Both the position numbers and the translations under genes were made by a program. DNA of 11,751 nt from Candidatus Heimdallarchaeota archaeon (GTDB taxonomy: Archaea; Asgardarchaeota; Heimdallarchaeia; Heimdallarchaeales; Heimdallarchaeaceae), in the NCBI GenBank assembly GCA_021399345.1, contig JAAFKI010000165.1:1-11751 (forward strand), given 5' to 3'. The notes beneath the pieces are model-generated. The model did no database searches. It was not told the origin of the DNA and saw only the letters and a program-made list of their open reading frames with translations. Positions 1 through 6,599 of the stretch are shown here, one piece after another. Within the stretch, counting starts at the first letter, position 1; each line of letters opens with the position of its first letter.

Positions 1-63
1 GTCTCATATCTAATAAGGTAGGATATTAGACTTATAGTTTGCAATACAATGAGAAGCGATGCA

Positions 64-76
64 CAAAAGTATAAAT
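64..76 (+). promoter_or_regulatory. putative BRE/TATA box for the MBL-fold gene (leaderless transcript)
   Basis: CAAAAGTATAAAT ends about 24 nt before ATG 100, the spacing expected for an archaeal leaderless mRNA. Confidence 0.4.
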
Positions 77-99
77 TGGTATCAGATATTCAGATTCTT

Positions 100-792
100 A
101 TGCAATGGTATTATATTTTGATTATTGTCATTGGTGCATTATTGTTTGCAATCTTATCTTTGGTAGTTTGGTATATGAATTACATTTCACCTTACCCTAC
201 AGGAAAAGTTTCAGATAATATCTCTGTTATTAAAACTGGAATTGTAAACTGTTATGTATATAGTAAAGGTTCTAAACGGATTTTGATTGATACAGGAACA
301 TCTACTAAGAAACTGTTAAAGGGATTGGCAACTATTGGAATAGAACCAGAATCAATTAGTAATGTATTTCTGACACATAGTGATCCAGATCATATTGGTG
401 GAATTTCCCTCTTTAGTCATGCAAAGAGAAATATTGGAGAAAAATCTAAAGTCAAAAATCCTGAGAAATATCAATTTCTAGATGATGGAGAAATAACTGA
501 TGTTAATGGAATTAAAATACATGCAATTAGCACTCCTGGTCACCGTTTAGGACATACTGCTTACATAATTGATGAAGAATTCTTGTTCACTGGTGATGCT
601 CTTAGGTTGAAGAAAGGAGAAGTTCAACCATTTCTCAGAATTATTAGTTCTGATTTTGAAAAACAAAAAAGAACCATTGAGATGCTAGCTGAACTTGATA
701 ACATATCAATCTTATTTACTGCTCATAATGGTTTTACAACTAATTTTGACAAAGCTATTGAAAATTGGAAAAAGGTGAAGAGGAAAGATTGA
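100..792 (+). CDS. MBL-fold metallo-hydrolase with N-terminal membrane anchor
   Basis: Motifs VNCY, ILIDTG, THSDPDH (HxHxDH variant), TPGHRLGH, LFTGD, FTAH. Hydrophobic N-terminus WYYILIIVIGALLFAILSLVVWYM. Start set at ATG 100 from TATA spacing; the ORF track starts at 49. Confidence 0.88.
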   Translation: MQWYYILIIVIGALLFAILSLVVWYMNYISPYPTGKVSDNISVIKTGIVNCYVYSKGSKRILIDTGTSTKKLLKGLATIGIEPESISNVFLTHSDPDHIGGISLFSHAKRNIGEKSKVKNPEKYQFLDDGEITDVNGIKIHAISTPGHRLGHTAYIIDEEFLFTGDALRLKKGEVQPFLRIISSDFEKQKRTIEMLAELDNISILFTAHNGFTTNFDKAIENWKKVKRKD

Positions 793-963
793 GAAGAAAT
801 GAACAGTATTAAAAACTTCACTGCAGATGCTTAATTCGTCATTTCTTCCACAGTTATTATTATTATAAATTCACAGAACATGCTGTTTTTGAATATTACA
901 AAACTTAATAGAATATATTTAAGAATATCAAAACATATTGAATCATGAATAAAAGGGATTACT

Positions 964-1206
964 ATGAGTGAATCCAGAATTACAATCGATTCAGAAATTT
1001 GTCATGGCAAACCTTGTATCAAGGGAACAAGAATACCTGTATATTTGATATTAGAAATGCTGGAACATGGTTTAAATTTTGATCAAATTCTTGAGGAATA
1101 TCCTCAATTAGAAATTGAAGATTTAAAGGCGTGTTTGGAATTCGCAAAGAGAATTATTAATAATGAGGAGATTTCACCAATTGTCGAAACTGGATTATCT
1201 GCTTGA
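964..1206 (+). CDS. DUF433 family protein, putative antitoxin (VapB45-like)
   Basis: Family signature RITIDSEICHGKPCIKGTRIPV...ILEEYPQLEIEDLKACLEFA; overlaps a downstream PIN-like gene. Confidence 0.93.
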   Translation: MSESRITIDSEICHGKPCIKGTRIPVYLILEMLEHGLNFDQILEEYPQLEIEDLKACLEFAKRIINNEEISPIVETGLSA

Positions 1207-1534
1207 TGAAAATATATCTCATAAGACATTCAATAGATTAGCTAAAGAAAATCTTAATGTAAAATCTGTAAGAACTGAAAATCTTCTAGGCATCAAAAAT
1301 AGTGAATTAATCGAACTATGCAGAAAAGAAAAATGGATTCTTGTGACTCATGATAGGGATTTTTTAACCACAAATATCAAGGATCATTTTGGTATTATTT
1401 TAGTAAGCATTCATCCAGCTACAGATGATTTTGCAGGTTCAATTCTAATGAAATTCTTACAAAAAGAAGAGGAAATTGAAATTGTATATCGTACAATAAT
1501 TCTAGAAGAAAATACCTGGAGATATAAGCAGTAA
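1181..1534 (+). CDS. DUF5615 family PIN-like protein, putative toxin (VapC45-like)
   Basis: YLLDENI N-terminus, ILVTHDRDF motif, HFGIILV. Probable TTG start at 1181 with GAGGAG SD at 1165-1170 (ORF track start 1163); overlaps the DUF433 gene by 26 nt. Confidence 0.88.
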   Translation: MSKLDYLLDENISHKTFNRLAKENLNVKSVRTENLLGIKNSELIELCRKEKWILVTHDRDFLTTNIKDHFGIILVSIHPATDDFAGSILMKFLQKEEEIEIVYRTIILEENTWRYKQ

Positions 1535-1544
1535 TATTTGATGT

Positions 1545-2039
1545 TCAACCTGTTAGTTTTCCTATCTCTTCTGCCCAATTTACTGCATCTTCTTCTTTCC
1601 AATTGAAAAGACTAAACGCTTCTGTCTTACCTTTCCTTATCCATCCACCAAAAACAGCTGTTGAAGTAGGTTCAACATTAGCCTTCTTCTTCACTACATT
1701 ATCTAGAAAACGTTTTTTGTGTTTTTCATACTTCTCCATTTCACCTTTTTCTAAAGCTGCGTAGGTTAATGCAGCTGAAGAGATAAAGACAAATAACTTC
1801 TTCCCTCTGAAGTCATTCTTCAGAAATTTCTTTGCTCGTTTTGTCCAGCTAAACATAGCTACACTTGTTCCTACAATTACATTATCATAGCTTGAAAAAT
1901 CAATATTTTCTGTTTCGCTAGAAAGTTTTACAAGTTCTACTTCATGGTTGAACTTTTTTTTGAGTATTTTTGCGATAACTTCAGAAGATCTATGGGTTGC
2001 ACCATATCTAGTTCCAAAAACGATCAATGTTTTACTCAT
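1545..2039 (-). CDS. flavodoxin-domain protein (HemG/Flavodoxin_5-like)
   Basis: FMN phosphate loop IVFGTRYGAT, YDNVIVGTSV, AVFGG, C-terminal W...W helix. ATG 2039 is preceded by an AGGTG SD-like motif (ORF track start is the GTG at 2048). Confidence 0.85.
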   Translation of the reverse strand: MSKTLIVFGTRYGATHRSSEVIAKILKKKFNHEVELVKLSSETENIDFSSYDNVIVGTSVAMFSWTKRAKKFLKNDFRGKKLFVFISSAALTYAALEKGEMEKYEKHKKRFLDNVVKKKANVEPTSTAVFGGWIRKGKTEAFSLFNWKEEDAVNWAEEIGKLTG

Positions 2040-2077
2040 TTTTAACACCTTGAATAATGAGAATATGGAATACTAGG

Positions 2078-2122
2078 TATTTAAGAATATACTTTCCAAG
2101 AAAGACAAATAACTCTTATAAA
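2078..2122. promoter_or_regulatory. divergent promoter region with two TATA-like boxes
   Basis: CTTAAATA on - (2078-2085) about 40 nt upstream of the flavodoxin ATG; CTTATAAA on + (2115-2122) 21 nt upstream of ATG 2144. Confidence 0.5.
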
Positions 2123-2143
2123 GGTTAAAAGATTGAATATCAT

Positions 2144-2704
2144 ATGTCAAAAATACTTATCTTGAATGGAAGTCCAAGAAAGAAGGGTAATACTTTCTTT
2201 CTAATTCAAGAATTATCTAAGATAATAATTCAAAATGGACATGATGTAGAAATTCTTCATCTCAACGACTATGACATTAAGCCTTGTCAAGGCTGTTTTT
2301 GGTGTTACAAAGATTTTCCTTTAAAATGTGTTCAAAATGATGTTATGAATGGACTATATCCTTCTGTTTTAGACTCTGATGTAATTATTTTTGCATCTCC
2401 CATTTACTGGTTTAACTACTCTGCTCAACTGAAGCTGTTTATTGATAGATTAGTGGCTTTGCATGTCAAAGGAGGGCATTCTCTTAACGGACTCAAGTTT
2501 GCTAGTATTTTCGTATATGGAGATACAACTGCACAAGGATCAGGAGTTTTTACAGCAATTGAATCGATAGATCACATGATAAGATATTTTCTTGGAGAAA
2601 ATTTAGGGGTTGTTCATGGAACAGGCGGGGATGATTTAACGGTTCCTGATAATCCGAAACTTATGAACGACTTAAAACGACTTGCAGAAAAAATCTTAGC
2701 ATAG
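2144..2704 (+). CDS. iron-sulfur flavoprotein / NADPH-dependent FMN reductase family protein
   Basis: ILNGSPRKKGNT FMN loop, compact CxxCxxCx7C motif (CQGCFWCYKDFPLKC), IIFASPIYW and QLKLFIDR motifs. Confidence 0.92.
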   Translation: MSKILILNGSPRKKGNTFFLIQELSKIIIQNGHDVEILHLNDYDIKPCQGCFWCYKDFPLKCVQNDVMNGLYPSVLDSDVIIFASPIYWFNYSAQLKLFIDRLVALHVKGGHSLNGLKFASIFVYGDTTAQGSGVFTAIESIDHMIRYFLGENLGVVHGTGGDDLTVPDNPKLMNDLKRLAEKILA

Positions 2705-2736
2705 TCCTCTATTCCTTTAAGAAAATTCAAACCTTG

Positions 2737-2756
2737 AAAGAAAAAAAGAAAAGGAA
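2737..2756 (-). terminator. oligo-T terminator between convergent genes
   Basis: Minus strand reads TTCCTTTTCTTTTTTTCTTT about 25-45 nt after the stop of the 2781-3296 gene; a small hairpin TTCAA-ACC-TTGAA lies at 2726-2738. Confidence 0.5.
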
Positions 2757-2780
2757 GTTGTTTCTAGCAATTGTTTTGTT

Positions 2781-3296
2781 CTATAGATGTATTGTAAATG
2801 TCCCTTCAATAAGAGTCATTCCACCTGCTGGGGTAAAAGTAGCTCTCATTAAGATACTATATCCACCTAGTGTTCCATGAGAAACAGCTTCTCCAGAAAT
2901 CATTCCATCAATACGCACCATAACAGATACCCCAGAGAATTTTAAATCAAATCCATAAAATTGATCATTTATCATCCATGTTCCCACAAAAGAGTTTGTT
3001 CCAATAGCATGCCCGATTCCGGTAACTGGATCAATGTTCATTCTCTTAATTCCTGCATGAAGTACTCCATCTATATCCCCAAATACAACAAATGGAAACA
3101 TAGCATCATCCCAATGGACGACTCCATCATCAGAAACCCAAACTGTTGGAGGAACAAATACACCTGCTGGTGGAAACATATATTCTAGTGCTGTAAAGTC
3201 TATTTTAGTTACTTTTGCTTGAGTTGTCGAACTTCCCAAAGCGACCATTCCCAGTAGAACTACTACCATTAATGGGAGAATTTTTTTGTTTTTCAT
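2781..3296 (-). CDS. hypothetical secreted beta-rich protein
   Basis: From ATG 3296: signal peptide MKNKK-ILPLMVVVLLGMVALG-SSTTQA, then a Gly/Val/Phe-rich mature region with alternating beta pattern. No family recognised. ORF track start is the TTG at 3323. Confidence 0.78.
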   Translation of the reverse strand: MKNKKILPLMVVVLLGMVALGSSTTQAKVTKIDFTALEYMFPPAGVFVPPTVWVSDDGVVHWDDAMFPFVVFGDIDGVLHAGIKRMNIDPVTGIGHAIGTNSFVGTWMINDQFYGFDLKFSGVSVMVRIDGMISGEAVSHGTLGGYSILMRATFTPAGGMTLIEGTFTIHL

Positions 3297-3354
3297 TTCT
3301 TTCGCCTTTCCAATAAACTTCAAGAGTTTATCTATTACTCTATCACTACATAAA

Positions 3355-3368
3355 TATATAAGTATTTC
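3355..3368 (-). promoter_or_regulatory. putative BRE/TATA box for the secreted protein gene
   Basis: Minus strand reads GAAATA-CTTATATA upstream of the ORF. Confidence 0.45.
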
Positions 3369-3400
3369 TTAGGACATAATATTTTTCTTATCTTTTTATG

Positions 3401-3457
3401 TAGAATGCAGACTCCGAACCTAGAATGCAATTGAACAAATAAAAGATGTAATGCAGA
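3401..3457. repeat. intergenic direct repeat TAGAATGCA x2 (20-nt period) plus a partial third copy
   Basis: TAGAATGCA at 3401-3409 and 3421-3429; TAATGCAGA at 3449-3457. Confidence 0.6.
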
Positions 3458-3471
3458 TCAAAGTGAAGAAT

Positions 3472-4347
3472 CTAAGATCTTTCGTCTTCTAAAATGAATG
3501 AATAATCCTCTGGTGGTTCTTTTTTCTTGATTTTCCTTATTTCTTTTACATATTTGAGAAATTTCGAAAATCTTTCTATTGTAAGATTATCAGTATCATT
3601 CTCCCAATCTGTAGTTGTCATTATTTCTCTTATTTGATTAACAAGAATGGTAAGCTCTTCAGCTGGTAGTTCGGAAGATAGTTTTCTAGCTGAAGTTATA
3701 TCTGCTGAATCAACTCCAGGTATGTCATACATATTAGGATCTTCTTCCCATGCTTCAAATGATGGTGCTATTTCTTCTGTAGAAAGCAAATCGATAATTC
3801 TATCAACTGTAAAAGGAACAAGTTTAGTGAATTTTTCATAAGCTTTAGCATACTTCTTTGAGTATTCTATATTAGATTGAAAATAGTTATCTGTTGGAAA
3901 GAGCTGGAAAATACTCTTTATCTGGAAGATTCCAGTTGGAAACTCAATTTGTAAATACTGTGCTCTATCAGGATCATCCGAAAAAGGTATTAATCTTAAA
4001 TCTTGTAATTTCTCCCTAATAGATAGTTTCCAGACTTTTACTACTGATTTAAGCTGGAAAGCTCCATAAATATCATCGCTCACATTATGTAGGTGAATAA
4101 TAGGTAGTTTTCTTCTTGTTGCTCCACTGTAGATTTTTCGAAAACTAGGTGAATCAAGTTCACTTCCTTCTAAACGATGGTCAATAGAAACAAATCTGAT
4201 CTCATCGTTGCAGTCCATAATGTCCCATTGACCTCCCTCTAAAATGTTTATCAAATGAATCGAAACTTCACTACTATCCTCTAAACAAAGAATATTTTCA
4301 AGGATGAAACGTAGATAATTTTCCGACTCATTGTTCATAAAATACAC
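3472..4347 (-). CDS. hypothetical protein (acidic, cytoplasmic)
   Basis: 291-codon ORF filling the space between neighbours, with protein-like composition and no TM segment or recognised motif. Start is GTG 4347 or ATG 4338. Confidence 0.75.
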   Translation of the reverse strand: MYFMNNESENYLRFILENILCLEDSSEVSIHLINILEGGQWDIMDCNDEIRFVSIDHRLEGSELDSPSFRKIYSGATRRKLPIIHLHNVSDDIYGAFQLKSVVKVWKLSIREKLQDLRLIPFSDDPDRAQYLQIEFPTGIFQIKSIFQLFPTDNYFQSNIEYSKKYAKAYEKFTKLVPFTVDRIIDLLSTEEIAPSFEAWEEDPNMYDIPGVDSADITSARKLSSELPAEELTILVNQIREIMTTTDWENDTDNLTIERFSKFLKYVKEIRKIKKKEPPEDYSFILEDERS

Positions 4348-4385
4348 TAATGCTCTCTTTTTTTAAATCTAACTGCTAAAAATCA

Positions 4386-5744
4386 CTATTTTTGCTCTAT
4401 TTCCTCAAATAAAGACATATGACCAAGTAGCCACTCAAGATACTTTCTAGAATTATATTCCTTGGGCATTTTCTTATAGTGACTATAAATTTTGTTAGAC
4501 ATAACTGCTGCTTTTCTCATCTTTAGCATTAGTTTTATTCTTCTTATCCCCTTGAAAAAGGCCAAAAACATCTTTAATAGACCTATTCTGTTATATTTTC
4601 CGTGAATTATGAGCTCTAAATCATTCTTTGTCACAATTCCCTTATTTAGAAGGAAAGAAAATTCTTCTTCACTAAACAGAAGAGCATGTCTTTTCATCAT
4701 ATCTAGTGCTGCATGATCCCTTCCTCTCTCTTTTATGAAATTGACTTGATATTGCCATAAGCTGTTTATTGAAACTTCTTTTCTTCTCAATGCATCTGCA
4801 ACAACCTCAGCTGCCATCTTTGCGGCTATCATAGCTGAGCCTATTCCAAATCCGTTTGTTGGTACAACTTGACAAGCAGCTTCACCTACAGCTAGAAATC
4901 CATACCAAACCATTGTTGTAGGTCTTCTGACTATTATATCTCCACCCCCACCGCGTATTTTTTCATTTTCTACATTACTTTTAGAATTAATAAAATCATT
5001 TACAATTGCTTTAGGAGATCTATCAGTATATCCTTTTCCAACTCCTGATCCTACTTCTAGATGATTGTTATCTTCAAAGTTTAACCAACTGAAACCTTTC
5101 TCAAATCCATAGCGATAGTATAGAAGATTTTTATCAACTGGTATATTTTTCCAATCTATTTTCCCATCAGTAACTTTGTGTAATTCTCGATAGGCTTTAA
5201 CTTTATCTTTTTTCTTTATTTCAACGTTTAAGTCCAAAATTTCTATATTTTTGGCTAAAATCCTATTTTTACCTGAACAGTCGATAACAATACGAGCATT
5301 TTCCACTTTTTCCTCTTTAGTTTTTACTCCTACAACCCATTGACCTCTTCCTATAGGTTCAACTATTTCTATTCCAAAATTAAATTCTGCACCAGCTTTT
5401 TCCGCAAGTGCTACTAATCTTTTCTGGAATATTTTCCTATCTACAATCCAATAATCATACTTGTTTAGATGAATAGTACCCAGGAAATCAGGAGATAGAA
5501 TTACTAAATGGTCTCTATCACTCTTTCTTTCTTTACCTTTAGGAGGAGGTATATTTGCATAAGCAAAAGCTTTTTTCTCTACTGAATCACACCAATCATG
5601 TCCAAAGTTATCTCGTTTTTCTTTTTCAAATACTTTAACTTTAAACCTAGAATTAGCTAAATGAAAAGCCAAAACACATCCTGCTATTCCAGCACCAACT
5701 ATGATGACATCTATGTGTTTCTGATTCTTCTTCTTTTTGGACAT
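4386..5744 (-). CDS. FAD-dependent oxidoreductase, geranylgeranyl reductase (GGR/DGGR) family, divergent
   Basis: DVIIVGAGIAG Rossmann motif, FEK, Cys motif (DWCD), VDRKIF, VIDCSG, VGEAACQVVPTNGFGIGSAM second FAD motif, and a C-terminal helical domain. Confidence 0.85.
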   Translation of the reverse strand: MSKKKKNQKHIDVIIVGAGIAGCVLAFHLANSRFKVKVFEKEKRDNFGHDWCDSVEKKAFAYANIPPPKGKERKSDRDHLVILSPDFLGTIHLNKYDYWIVDRKIFQKRLVALAEKAGAEFNFGIEIVEPIGRGQWVVGVKTKEEKVENARIVIDCSGKNRILAKNIEILDLNVEIKKKDKVKAYRELHKVTDGKIDWKNIPVDKNLLYYRYGFEKGFSWLNFEDNNHLEVGSGVGKGYTDRSPKAIVNDFINSKSNVENEKIRGGGGDIIVRRPTTMVWYGFLAVGEAACQVVPTNGFGIGSAMIAAKMAAEVVADALRRKEVSINSLWQYQVNFIKERGRDHAALDMMKRHALLFSEEEFSFLLNKGIVTKNDLELIIHGKYNRIGLLKMFLAFFKGIRRIKLMLKMRKAAVMSNKIYSHYKKMPKEYNSRKYLEWLLGHMSLFEEIEQK

Positions 5745-5803
5745 TACGAGTATGTAAACAATAACACTCTTTAGTTTTATCCAAAGAAAATAGAAGAAGA
5801 AAT

Positions 5804-6406
5804 TTACAAGAATATCTCAAGTAAATATGTCAACCCTGCGACAAGAAATGCTGCTGGAAGAATTTTGAGAGCATAAATCAGCTTGTTTTCTTTTGAAACA
5901 GCTCCTAGAAATAACCCTAAAACTATCACTTCAACAGCTATTACACAGAATGAAATGATATAAGCAATCATTAAGGGTAAACCTGCAAATACAAAGAAGA
6001 TTGGTAATAGTGCTAATACTGAAAACATGAAAGGAGATATACCATCAACTGCTGCTATTACCAAAGAAGTCCAGAAATTTGCCCGAGAAATTCTTGTATT
6101 GTTCAAGTTTGTGACCATTTTTTGTTCCAGTTCTTTTCTTTCTTTGGTTCTTTCAGCCTTTTCAGTCAAATAGGCAATCCAGAATCCTGAAACACCCATT
6201 GCTATACTTGCACCAATTCCTGTAGAAATGAGAATTTTTACGCTTTCTAAGTCCGTTTCACCAGAAACTGATACTATAAATGAACCTAAAATTATACCAA
6301 GAGCTGTTAGAGATCCATCAAATCCATTCATTACAAAATATCTGCGTAAAATGTTTTCTCCCTCTGTCATAGACAAGAATTCCTTGATTTCACGAATGCT
6401 TTTCAA
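5804..6406 (-). CDS. VIT1/CCC1 family membrane protein (archaeal type)
   Basis: RRYFVMNGFDGSLTALGIILG in TM1, IAMGVSG..AYLTEKAE in TM2, a charged loop, then three further TM helices; TTG start. Confidence 0.85.
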   Translation of the reverse strand: MKSIREIKEFLSMTEGENILRRYFVMNGFDGSLTALGIILGSFIVSVSGETDLESVKILISTGIGASIAMGVSGFWIAYLTEKAERTKERKELEQKMVTNLNNTRISRANFWTSLVIAAVDGISPFMFSVLALLPIFFVFAGLPLMIAYIISFCVIAVEVIVLGLFLGAVSKENKLIYALKILPAAFLVAGLTYLLEIFL

Positions 6407-6441
6407 TTTACCTTTTCCCTATATTAATTTGTTGATATTCC

Positions 6442-6449
6442 TTTATAAA
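6442..6449 (-). promoter_or_regulatory. putative TATA box (palindromic TTTATAAA) in the divergent VIT1/nurA intergenic region
   Basis: TTTATAAA lies 36 nt upstream of the VIT1-like start; a separate TTTTAATA near 6558-6565 could serve nurA. Confidence 0.45.
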
Positions 6450-6599
6450 ATATGCTATTGATTTTTTGGCTGGCTATACTGAAGCTTTCTTCTAGATTTC
6501 TTCTTCCGACAAAAACTTCCATCACTTTCAACACTTTTAATCTACAGTCCAAAAATATTTTAATAATATCATAACTTAAGTCAATTGAGGAGCTATTTA

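Noticed and set aside
873-890. ACAG-N6-CTGT hairpin followed by a T-tract as a terminator for the MBL gene
   Set aside because: The 4-bp stem is too weak to distinguish from chance.
1411-1602. 63-aa minus-strand ORF
   Set aside because: Overlaps the PIN gene antisense and the flavodoxin 3' end out of frame; no motif, so treated as a shadow ORF.
2961-3188. 75-aa plus-strand Cys/Trp-rich ORF
   Set aside because: Lies wholly antisense within the secreted-protein gene; no SD or coherent Cys motif.
3401-3457. Possible mini-CRISPR
   Set aside because: The repeats are only 9 nt with an 11-nt spacer, far below CRISPR dimensions, and no cas genes are nearby.
3647-3841. 64-aa Ser-rich plus-strand ORF
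   Set aside because: The Ser richness is the antisense reading of Glu/Asp codons in the 291-aa gene.
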